Of a stretch of 41,101 bases of DNA, positions 19,971 to 28,493 are shown piece after piece. The DNA comes from Gammaproteobacteria bacterium (GTDB lineage Bacteria; Pseudomonadota; Gammaproteobacteria; GCA-001735895). The notes under the pieces are model-generated. The model saw only the letters and a program-made list of their open reading frames with translations. It ran no database searches and was not told the DNA's origin. The position numbers and the translations under genes are program-made. Location of the stretch: positions 1 to 41,101 of the forward strand of contig JAAEOZ010000158.1 in assembly GCA_024222685.1 (NCBI GenBank), in the 5' to 3' direction. Position 1 is the first letter of the stretch. Every line of letters starts with the position of its first letter.

Positions 19971-20052
19971 GTCATTGCGTGCCATGCAGCGATGTGGCAA
20001 TCTCATTGGAATTTCTAACAGATTGCCACGTCACTTTGTGACTCGCAATGAC
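19971..20052. repeat. 82-bp compound palindromic element (two perfect stems flanking a symmetric 14x14 internal loop)
   Basis: GTCATTGCG (19971-19979) pairs with CGCAATGAC (20044-20052). GTGGCAATCT (19994-20003) pairs with AGATTGCCAC (20020-20029). The right internal segment is itself a hairpin, GTCAC-ttt-GTGAC. The element lies between the kdkA stop and the LysE start. Confidence 0.7.
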
Positions 20053-20138
20053 AATATCGATGCAGTATTCAGGTCTTTGATTTGTGATTCACCCTTCCCG
20101 CGATTTCACTGCTAGTAACCACCCATAAAACACCGTTT

Positions 20139-20855
20139 TTAACTAGCCTGGTACCCATCCATAAAAGCCTGCCAGTCGTCCTCCCGATAATGCAAGGTAT
20201 TCTGTTTATCAATTTTCACCAGTGAACGCTGAAGACGATATAACGCTGACCATTGCCAGTTATCCAGTCGTTTCATACGACGTCCTTTATCGAAATCGAT
20301 GATGTAAATACCGCAACTCTGATCAATCAGCAGATTATTAGCATTCAGGTCTGTATGGCGAAAACCGAGCGCCTGCATTTTTTTAATTGTCAGCCCAAGT
20401 TTGTACCAGAGCTTCTGCTCAAGCTGGGAATGAACAAGAAAATCAGCCAGGGTTTGCGTACCTTCCAGATAAGTCGTCATAATCGCGGCCCTGTAGGTCA
20501 GGCCGGTTTTACAGGCAATGGCCGCCAATGGCTCAGGAACCGGCAGTCCTGCATCTCGTGCATCTCGTAACAAATTCCATTCACGCCATGGCCGCGTTCG
20601 ACCTTTACCCAGCCAGATATAACGCTCGGATGATATTTTCTGAATGAATCCTCCGCGTCGGTATTGCCTCAATACCACGGTCTGACCATTAAGATCTATT
20701 TTAATACTACCTCCACGACCACCATCTACGACACTATAACCCGGCTGATCGCGCCAGAAGTTACTGTCGAAATGCTGCTGTTCGAGTTTCTCTATGGCAT
20801 TTTCTTTCTGCAGGATGTAGCATCTCGCCGACTCGTTTCTAAGACCCATAAGCAC
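20139..20855 (-). CDS. kdkA: 3-deoxy-D-manno-octulosonic acid kinase
   Basis: KdkA-like motifs LRQYRRGG, the catalytic loop HTDLNANNLLID, and IIDFDKG. The 238 aa size and LPS-core gene context also fit. Confidence 0.85.
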   Translation of the reverse strand: MLMGLRNESARCYILQKENAIEKLEQQHFDSNFWRDQPGYSVVDGGRGGSIKIDLNGQTVVLRQYRRGGFIQKISSERYIWLGKGRTRPWREWNLLRDARDAGLPVPEPLAAIACKTGLTYRAAIMTTYLEGTQTLADFLVHSQLEQKLWYKLGLTIKKMQALGFRHTDLNANNLLIDQSCGIYIIDFDKGRRMKRLDNWQWSALYRLQRSLVKIDKQNTLHYREDDWQAFMDGYQAS

Positions 20856-20857
20856 CT

Positions 20858-21901
20858 ATGATTAATTTCGCGCAAGCGCCACAGTCTCTGTGTATTTTCA
20901 GACTGTCAGCGATTGGTGACGTAACCCACATTCTACCGATAATTCATACATTGAAGAAGGTGTGGCCGACAACAAAGATTACCTGGGTGATCGGAAAACT
21001 TGAATATCAACTGGTCAAATCACTACCCGATGTCGAGTTTATTCAATTTAATAAATCAGATGGCTGGGGTGCTTATGGCAAGCTGCATCGACAATTGAAA
21101 GGTCGACATTTTGATATATTGCTGATGATGCAGGCAGCTTTGCGCGCAAGTATAGCCAGTCTTTTTATTCCTGCTCGCCACAAACTCGGTTTCGATCGAA
21201 AACGTGCTGTTGATTATCAATGGTTATTTTCTAATTCTAAAATTAAGGGTGATCCACGAGTACATGTACTCGACGGTCTGTTTCAGTTTCTGGAGTCGAT
21301 TGGAATACAACAACGGTGCCTGGACTGGCAGTTACCGATAGCTGAGGATGACCTAGATATAGTAGGTAGAATATGTGGTCAACAGAAATATGTAGTCATC
21401 AACCCCTGTAGTAGCGCTCGTAAAAACAACTGGAGAAACTGGTCGCAGACAAGATACGCGGAGGTTGTCGACTACCTGCATTCGAAACAGATTAAAGTGG
21501 TGCTAAGCGGTGGCCCTTCCGCTCAGGAAATAGAATTTACCAAATCAATTGTTCAACAATGTCATGAAAAGCCCGTAAACCTGGTTGGCCAGACAACACT
21601 TGGAGAATTACTGGCACTCCTGCAAAAGGCCAGTTTTATGATTGCACCCGATACCGGCCCTGGCCATATGGCTACTGTTGTCGATACACCGGTTATCGGT
21701 CTTTTTGCCAGCAGCAACCCGCAACGTAGCGGGCCTTATAAGAGTCTTTCCTGCACAGTTAATAGATATCCGGATGCACTGCAACAGTTTAACAACCAAA
21801 ATATTGAAACTGCTTCATGGGGAGAAAGAGTCCGTGAGCCTGATGTCATGGAATTAATCAGTGTCGACGATGTCGTTAAAAAAATTGATTCGATTCTTTA
21901 G
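20858..21901 (+). CDS. glycosyltransferase family 9 (LPS heptosyltransferase family)
   Basis: N-terminal RLSAIGDVTH and C-terminal APDTGPGHMA are GT9 hallmarks. 347 aa. Acceptor specificity cannot be read from the sequence. Confidence 0.8.
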   Translation: MINFAQAPQSLCIFRLSAIGDVTHILPIIHTLKKVWPTTKITWVIGKLEYQLVKSLPDVEFIQFNKSDGWGAYGKLHRQLKGRHFDILLMMQAALRASIASLFIPARHKLGFDRKRAVDYQWLFSNSKIKGDPRVHVLDGLFQFLESIGIQQRCLDWQLPIAEDDLDIVGRICGQQKYVVINPCSSARKNNWRNWSQTRYAEVVDYLHSKQIKVVLSGGPSAQEIEFTKSIVQQCHEKPVNLVGQTTLGELLALLQKASFMIAPDTGPGHMATVVDTPVIGLFASSNPQRSGPYKSLSCTVNRYPDALQQFNNQNIETASWGERVREPDVMELISVDDVVKKIDSIL

Positions 21902-22947
21902 AGTTTCCCTGCCAATCTCAAAGACTCAAAACGTTCTAAACAATAGATTAAATATTTCTTCTGGAAGTCCATAGTAGAAAAATCAATATCTTTTCTAAAA
22001 AGCTCTAGATTTGATGGCCTATAGTCTTCTAACAAAAAAACAGGTTTTTGCAAAGCTAATTTTTCCGGCGCTACAAAACCGTAAAGCCTTTCAAATAAGT
22101 CACGAATGAAATACTTCGGCCTCGACGAATTGATAGTATCGTCGACGTTATATAGAAATTGAGTAAAGGGTGCTATATGCAGACAGCCCGCGTGCGATAT
22201 AGCGTTATCAAACGCGAAACGTTCAAATCCTATTTCTCTTAAGAAACGATTTGAATCGATAACACCAACTTTTTTTCCAATGCCACCTAATGAGAAGATA
22301 GACTGCTTAAAACGCCCTCCATCAGGGTCAGGTACCAGATACCTGTCGAACAGGTAATCTAGTGATACAGCATTATTTAAAATACGTTCTGGATTATGAT
22401 ATTTCTTCTTTATTTTTATCTGGAATCTTCTACTTGATAGAGATTTCCTGAAACGAGGAAATCCACCAAACCTGGCATCGGTACCAGCTCCGGTTGCAAC
22501 ATATTCAAAACCATCAGTTCGCGCCTGCCTGGCAGCCAGATAAAATATAGGCTCTGCCGAACTCAACGGCATTTTCTTTGCTAGCATTAGCTCATCGAGT
22601 ACAGAAAAGTACTCATCGGGATCTATCAGAACGGGGACATGACTGATTCCATATTTTTCACAGTAACTTTGAGCGACTTCAACTTCGGTACTCTCAAGTC
22701 GGCTATGATAAATAGTGTAAGCAGTAGAGCCTGCAGGAAGAAATGGCAGAATCACAGCAGAATCCATGCCACCCGAAAGTAAAATTGCGGTTCGATCTAT
22801 ATTGGACAATGCCTGCTTAATAAAATTAATCGCATCATCCAGGTTTTCTGCTTCGGGCAAATTATTATCTTCGACAGAAAAGCCAGTGTAAAAGCTTCTG
22901 AAACATAAATATTCACTATAGTTTTTAATCAGGTTTGCGTTTCCCAA
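21898..22947 (-). CDS. asparagine-synthase-like PP-loop ATP pyrophosphatase lacking a glutaminase domain
   Basis: PP-loop ILLSGGMDSAV (AsnB has LLSGGLDS) and TGAGTDARFGGF (AsnB has SGEGADELFGGY). Only about 55 aa precede the PP-loop, so there is no Ntn glutaminase domain. The gene is visibly AT-rich. Confidence 0.7.
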   Translation of the reverse strand: MGNANLIKNYSEYLCFRSFYTGFSVEDNNLPEAENLDDAINFIKQALSNIDRTAILLSGGMDSAVILPFLPAGSTAYTIYHSRLESTEVEVAQSYCEKYGISHVPVLIDPDEYFSVLDELMLAKKMPLSSAEPIFYLAARQARTDGFEYVATGAGTDARFGGFPRFRKSLSSRRFQIKIKKKYHNPERILNNAVSLDYLFDRYLVPDPDGGRFKQSIFSLGGIGKKVGVIDSNRFLREIGFERFAFDNAISHAGCLHIAPFTQFLYNVDDTINSSRPKYFIRDLFERLYGFVAPEKLALQKPVFLLEDYRPSNLELFRKDIDFSTMDFQKKYLIYCLERFESLRLAGKL

Positions 22948-23135
22948 TATCTGATTCTCCGGGTATTCGACACCATATCGAATAATTTAATTAAACATCC
23001 CACTAGTGCAGTAAGCCAACAAACAGGATAAATAGCCCTAAAAGAAAGGCTTTTTGATAATTTTCTGGGACGACATGTTCTATGGACTAGCTTTATTCTC
23101 AGCGTAGAAATTTCTACTATCGAAGTAATAATTTA

Positions 23136-24548
23136 CTACTTTAACAATTTCTGTATTCTGCTAATGATATCAGTACTTGAATAACCTTCGAGTAGATCAA
23201 TAGTTTCGACCCGGCCGCCATTCTCAAGTACCGCTGTCGCACCCGCAATTTCTTCGATACGGTAGTCACCACCTTTGGCAAGCACATCGGGAAGTAAATC
23301 ACCGATAAGTCTCTCCGGAGTATCTTCGTTAAACGCGATCACGTAGTCGACGCTGGCTAATCCAGCGAGGACCTGCATGCGCTGCCGTAATGTATTTATA
23401 GGTCGCTGCGCGCCTTTCAGACGTGTTACTGAATCATCATCGTTGACCGCAACGATCAGCATATCTCCCAATGCTTTGCATTGCTCCAGGTTAGCAACAT
23501 GGCCGGGTTGTAATATATCGAAACAACCATTGGTCATAACAACCTGTCGGGACGAGCGCAGCGGTTTAAGTATGGCTTTCAGCTCGCCTTCATCAACAAT
23601 TTTCTGTTCAAAAACTGAAGCTTTCGGATCGTGTTTTAATTCGTCCAGGCTAACCGTAGCGGCGCCGAGTTTGCCAACCACAATACCGGCTGCTCGATTG
23701 GCCAGTAACGCGGACGCGTGGAAACTTTCTCCGCTGGCCAGCGCAGCCGAGAACACAGCAATGACTGAATCACCTGCACCAGTAACGTCGAAAACCTCGC
23801 GACCCCTGGAAGGGATACTGATGACCCGGTCAGTGCTAAACAAAGTCATGCCTTTTTCACTACGTGTTACCAGTAAAGCATCCAGCCCAAGGTCATCAAT
23901 GAGTTTACGACCCTTTTGTTCGATGTCCTGTTCAGTAGAACACTCGCCTACCATTTGCTGAAACTCCGACATATTCGGTGTCAAAAGAGTCGCATTCTGA
24001 TAGCGCAACCGATGATTGCCTTTGGGATCAATGACCACAGCAATTTCCTTCTGTCGACAGCGATCGATAATTTGCGGGCAGATATTTGCCAATGTGCCTT
24101 TATTATAATCCGATAATATAACCAGGCTGGCCTCGTCAAGGGCAATCAATACATTTTCGAGTAGTTCACTATGGTCGATTAATGAAAAGTCTTTTTCATG
24201 ATCCAGTCGCAAAAGCTGCTGATGCCGACTGACAATTCGAAGCTTGGTGATGGTATCCATATCGGACCGTGAAACCAGTCGAGCATCAACTTCCGAATGC
24301 CTCAGGACTTCAATCAATTCACACGCTGGTTGATCATTACCGACAAGCCCGAACAAGCATACACCCATACCTAATGCGGCAATATTTAGAGCAACATTTC
24401 CTGCCCCGCCGGGGCGTGACTCACATTCCTCTATATGTACAACCGGCACCGGAGCTTCCGGCGATATACGACTGGTATCACCCTGCCAGTAACGGTCGAG
24501 CATAACATCGCCAATAACAACTATTTTTTTATTCTCTACATCTAGCAT
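23136..24548 (-). CDS. hldE: bifunctional D-beta-D-heptose 7-phosphate kinase / D-beta-D-heptose 1-phosphate adenylyltransferase
   Basis: N-terminal ribokinase-like domain (DVTGAGDS) and C-terminal cytidylyltransferase-like domain (TNGCFDILQPGHV). 470 aa. Confidence 0.92.
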   Translation of the reverse strand: MLDVENKKIVVIGDVMLDRYWQGDTSRISPEAPVPVVHIEECESRPGGAGNVALNIAALGMGVCLFGLVGNDQPACELIEVLRHSEVDARLVSRSDMDTITKLRIVSRHQQLLRLDHEKDFSLIDHSELLENVLIALDEASLVILSDYNKGTLANICPQIIDRCRQKEIAVVIDPKGNHRLRYQNATLLTPNMSEFQQMVGECSTEQDIEQKGRKLIDDLGLDALLVTRSEKGMTLFSTDRVISIPSRGREVFDVTGAGDSVIAVFSAALASGESFHASALLANRAAGIVVGKLGAATVSLDELKHDPKASVFEQKIVDEGELKAILKPLRSSRQVVMTNGCFDILQPGHVANLEQCKALGDMLIVAVNDDDSVTRLKGAQRPINTLRQRMQVLAGLASVDYVIAFNEDTPERLIGDLLPDVLAKGGDYRIEEIAGATAVLENGGRVETIDLLEGYSSTDIISRIQKLLK

Positions 24549-24656
24549 AATCGCAAAAAATTCAAACCCGGTGCGTTATCACGTAATAATCGATATTATG
24601 GCGACTTTATCGATCATTGCCTAGCAATCTGGTGCTGGCCAACTAATAACCCGCTG

Positions 24657-25685
24657 ATGAGATATCTTTTTTTTGTTTCAATTGCCTATTCTTTTGAAAT
24701 ATTGCGACCTTTACAGCAGGCTATAATGCAGGAAGGCAGCGAAGTTCGCTGGTATATCGAAAACCAGAAACTCAGCCACCTGTTAAAAAACGAGGAGCAG
24801 TCACTGGACTCAATTCGCTCAGTTATGGAATTCAATCCTGACGCGATATTTGTTCCCGGCAACTGGGTACCTTTTTTTTTCCCGGGGCTTAAAGTCCAGG
24901 TTTTCCATGGATTCGGTATTGAAAAGAAAGGCCATTTCCGCATTCGAAATTTTTTCGATCTCTACTGTACTCACGGACCAATCACTACTGGCAAATTCAA
25001 GCAGCTTGCAGAGCAGTACCCGCACTTCAGAGTGATAGAAACCGGCTGGCCAAAGGTTGATCCATTATTTTCCAGTTCGCTACAAGCTTCGCCTCGGCAG
25101 AAAAGCATACTATATGCGCCAACATTCAGCCCCTCTCTAACCTCCATTACAGCCTTGCACAAGGTGATCCGATCACTTATCGAGCGTTATGACTGGCACT
25201 GGACTATTAAATATCACCCTAAAACGGGGCAGGATCTGCGAAGCTTGCTTGAAGGAATAAATAACCAACGTGTGTCGATAAAGGATGAAGAGGATATTCT
25301 ACCGTTGATGCAACAAAGCGACATTATGATTTCCGACACATCGTCGGTAATCACCGAATTTATGTTGCTGGATAAACCGGTTATTGCTTTTAATAATGCA
25401 GCACCTGCCGGCCACCTGAAAAATATTACTGATGCCAGTCAACTCGAGTCAGTACTTGTAGAGTTAACAAGTAAAAGGCCTGACTGGTTAATCAGACAAC
25501 AGAACTACATCGAACAAATGCACCCTTACCATGATGGAAAATCTTCCCAACGCGTGTTGTCAGCCACTCGACAGACGATTGACAACCAGAAAACACACAG
25601 GCTGCGTAAACCATTCAATCTATTTCGAAATATAAAAGTTGTAGCTAAATTGAGAAAACAAATTTTTGATTATTATTTTAGCTGA
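24657..25685 (+). CDS. TagB/TagF-family CDP-glycerol glycerophosphotransferase-like protein (copy 1)
   Basis: ILYAPTFSPS (the YAPT[FW]R-type motif) is followed by IKYHPK. It is a 342 aa single GT-B-like catalytic module. Confidence 0.7.
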   Translation: MRYLFFVSIAYSFEILRPLQQAIMQEGSEVRWYIENQKLSHLLKNEEQSLDSIRSVMEFNPDAIFVPGNWVPFFFPGLKVQVFHGFGIEKKGHFRIRNFFDLYCTHGPITTGKFKQLAEQYPHFRVIETGWPKVDPLFSSSLQASPRQKSILYAPTFSPSLTSITALHKVIRSLIERYDWHWTIKYHPKTGQDLRSLLEGINNQRVSIKDEEDILPLMQQSDIMISDTSSVITEFMLLDKPVIAFNNAAPAGHLKNITDASQLESVLVELTSKRPDWLIRQQNYIEQMHPYHDGKSSQRVLSATRQTIDNQKTHRLRKPFNLFRNIKVVAKLRKQIFDYYFS

Positions 25686-25695
25686 TAGAGTAACA

Positions 25696-26409
25696 CTAAT
25701 CCCGGTTTATCATCTCCACCGCCTGGACAAGATCGGTTTCAAAATCAACCTCGATGCAAGGCAGGTCACTGACATCGACAGCCTTGAATACGCTACCCTG
25801 TTGATCTATTAGCCTTTCCATGCCTTTTTCGAAATAATCAGAACTTTCCACAGCGTCGAGTTGACTCATAAAGTCTTCAACAAAAGGCCGGCGAATCAGA
25901 TTAATACCTAATGCCTCACCTAATGGTCCCGATACCTGCTTGGAAATTTCTTTGATGAAGCCTTTATCGTTTAAGGTATATTTGACCTCCTCTTCGGATA
26001 CCCTGCTATTGTTAACCGCGACCGCGGACTCCGATGACTGCAACATACGTCCGATAATTTCAGGACTGAATACAACATCACCATTCAGCCAGAGTACATC
26101 ACGGTCGTGAAAATGCTTCAAAGCTACCAATAAGCTCTTGGAGGTGTTGGTTAAATCATAATTCGGGTTATACACAAACAGACAGTCGTTAGCTGCTTCC
26201 ATTATTAGATCTTTTTTAAATCCGACCACACAGCAGACTTCCAGTTGGTATTGCTTCAGGATACTGAGCTGGCGCGAGAGTATTGTCTGACTTTGATCCA
26301 GCGGTGTAAGACTTTTTGGATGAGGTCGACCGAGACGACTACCCATACCCGCAAGCAAAATAATCGCTACCATTTTTCGGTTAGCATGAGCAGTAATAAC
26401 TTCCGACAT
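25696..26409 (-). CDS. nucleotidyltransferase (LicC/MobA-like NTP-transferase fold), substrate unknown
   Basis: N-terminal glycine-rich loop AIILLAGMGSRLGRPHPKSL in a 237 aa protein. It is flanked by the two TagF-like genes. Confidence 0.65.
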   Translation of the reverse strand: MSEVITAHANRKMVAIILLAGMGSRLGRPHPKSLTPLDQSQTILSRQLSILKQYQLEVCCVVGFKKDLIMEAANDCLFVYNPNYDLTNTSKSLLVALKHFHDRDVLWLNGDVVFSPEIIGRMLQSSESAVAVNNSRVSEEEVKYTLNDKGFIKEISKQVSGPLGEALGINLIRRPFVEDFMSQLDAVESSDYFEKGMERLIDQQGSVFKAVDVSDLPCIEVDFETDLVQAVEMINRD

Positions 26410-26447
26410 ATAGAATCAGTCTTTGAGCAAAATGCTATTATACGCAA

Positions 26448-27536
26448 CTATCTGGAGGTCAGACCAGCCTCAGTATACTGTTCCAGATAATCAACAATTC
26501 TTTTCGAGGCAAGGCCGTCCATAACTCCAACATGATCACGAGTGTACTGTGCCCTGCTAACCTGATGCCGCTTCGGCTCATCAAGCTCAGATTCAATCGC
26601 CTGAGCAAGCTCGCGGTAACAGGAAATGTGTCGACCAATATCGGCGTAAACCACATTATCCTGTCGAAACCGGCGATCGAAACGATATCGGAACGGCCCT
26701 CGATAAAACCATTTCAATTTGTAGAAATCGCAGACGATTACCGGGCGATCGAGGGCAGCGAATTCGAATAATGTCGACGAAGCTTCGCTGAGTAGTATGT
26801 CGGCGTGCTTCATAAATGGAAGCAACGACACTTCGCTGGCATCAGCCACATAAACATTTTGAAACCTGGCCCAGTTTTTCAATTTGCGCCTCTGTCCGTG
26901 ATATTGCGCACGACTATAACTAAATGCGTGCGGCTTAATTAGAATATTATATTGCCCAAAATCTTTCGGCCAGTTGTTCGGAAAGCACTCAAGAGAACTT
27001 GGATTAAACGTCGGCGCATACAGGATAGTCGATTTGTTATCATCCAGCCCAAGCTCGGCGTATTCGAGTCCGAGTTCGGTACCCTGTAACAGAGGATCTA
27101 ACTTGGAATACCCGACCTGAACAAAATTATCATCTGGATACATACTCTTTATCACCTTTAGTCGTAATTCGCCTTCGATAAAACGAACCGTCATAGGCGT
27201 ATCCGACTTATGATAGTAACTGGGTTTGGGGCCGATTCCATGACCTAGCTGAGCACTTCGACTAACACGATGTAGCTGATCGATAAAATTGACCCCACTA
27301 CCAAAAAACACCCAGTTTGCCTTCTCGGCGAGATAATACTCCATGGCATGCTGTCGATTATCAAACCAATGAGCCGATAGATTCAAATTGGAAAAAATCT
27401 GTAGAGATTGAGACTCATCATCTTTGTTACGATAACAGACAAAATCGCATTTGTGCCCTCGCCCAACCAACTCCCTATAAATCGGCAAATACTGAGGCAG
27501 ATAGTAGATATTTCGAGTATCAAAAATGATATGCAT
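26448..27536 (-). CDS. TagB/TagF-family CDP-glycerol glycerophosphotransferase-like protein (copy 2)
   Basis: ILYAPTFNPS followed by LIKPHAF. 362 aa with the same module type as 24657-25685. Confidence 0.7.
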   Translation of the reverse strand: MHIIFDTRNIYYLPQYLPIYRELVGRGHKCDFVCYRNKDDESQSLQIFSNLNLSAHWFDNRQHAMEYYLAEKANWVFFGSGVNFIDQLHRVSRSAQLGHGIGPKPSYYHKSDTPMTVRFIEGELRLKVIKSMYPDDNFVQVGYSKLDPLLQGTELGLEYAELGLDDNKSTILYAPTFNPSSLECFPNNWPKDFGQYNILIKPHAFSYSRAQYHGQRRKLKNWARFQNVYVADASEVSLLPFMKHADILLSEASSTLFEFAALDRPVIVCDFYKLKWFYRGPFRYRFDRRFRQDNVVYADIGRHISCYRELAQAIESELDEPKRHQVSRAQYTRDHVGVMDGLASKRIVDYLEQYTEAGLTSR

Positions 27537-27634
27537 TTTTCAAGTAATCGGATTTATGGACGTCATTGTATTGCTAGACTGTTGCGGGTTATCTAGAATG
27601 CACGACTCGATTCGCAACATTCTGAGCTACAGTT

Positions 27635-28492
27635 ATGCCCGGCGCAACCCTGTCTAAATTTGGATACGAAGACAATCTGGTTTTGTCTTATCATCACTGG
27701 CATCTGTTGCTCCGTTTTCAGCAAACCACACTGGGATCTTTAATACTCATCTGTAAAGGACCTTACTCGGCATTTTCAGATTTGCCTCAGGCTGCAAGCC
27801 ATGAAATGCATGAAATAATTCCCCAGATCGAGTCGATTCTTAAACGGGAGTTCAATTATTCCAAAATAAACTACCTGATGCTAATGATGCTGGACCCGGA
27901 AGTGCACTTCCACATTATTCCTCGATATGAGTCAGCTGCAGAGTTTCGTGGCAAGCTATTTGCTGATAACAGCTGGCCGGGACCACCGAATCTGGCAACT
28001 GAAATTGACCTTGATGAATCAACTAAAAGTCTAGTTCTTGAGCGCCTGCGCGATTGTTTTTATGAAGAATCAGAGAAACATCCAACCAGTGATAAAAAAT
28101 ATGGCCGACTTTATACCTCTGGCTGTTTTGACATATTTCATCACGGCCACCTGAATATAATCCAGAAAAGTAAGGCGCTATGTGATCACCTCATTGTCGG
28201 TGTTTCCACGGATGAACTAATTGTTAAGGAAAAAGGTAAGCCACCAGTCATTCCATTCGAGGAGCGTGTATCAATGGTGCGTTCAATTAATGGCGTTGAC
28301 GAGGTCATCGCTCAGGTCAATAAGAACAAACAAGGTATTGTCGAGGAGAATGGTATCGATGCTATTTCGGTAGGCTCAGACTGGAAAGGAAAGTACCCGA
28401 AGGTCAACTGCCATATGGAATATTTCGACTATACCCCTAGCGTCAGCTCTACACTGATCAAACAAAGGCTAGATTTGCTGAACAGTAGTTAA
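27635..28492 (+). CDS. fusion protein: N-terminal HIT-like domain + C-terminal glycerol-3-phosphate cytidylyltransferase (TagD-like)
   Basis: Residues ~1-150 have a HIT-like layout (ATLSKFGY...HWHLLLRFQQTTLGSLILICK...INYLMLMMLDPEVHFHIIPRY). Residues ~160-285 carry YTSGCFDIFHHGHLNII (HxGH) and LIVGVSTDE, typical of TagD/CTP_transf_like enzymes. Confidence 0.75.
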   Translation: MPGATLSKFGYEDNLVLSYHHWHLLLRFQQTTLGSLILICKGPYSAFSDLPQAASHEMHEIIPQIESILKREFNYSKINYLMLMMLDPEVHFHIIPRYESAAEFRGKLFADNSWPGPPNLATEIDLDESTKSLVLERLRDCFYEESEKHPTSDKKYGRLYTSGCFDIFHHGHLNIIQKSKALCDHLIVGVSTDELIVKEKGKPPVIPFEERVSMVRSINGVDEVIAQVNKNKQGIVEENGIDAISVGSDWKGKYPKVNCHMEYFDYTPSVSSTLIKQRLDLLNSS

Positions 28493-28493
28493 T

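Noticed and set aside
23104-23117. The palindrome GTAGAAATTTCTAC downstream of hldE, considered as a terminator.
   Set aside because: The stem is very AT-rich with essentially no loop and no U-tract, so predicted stability is too low to call.
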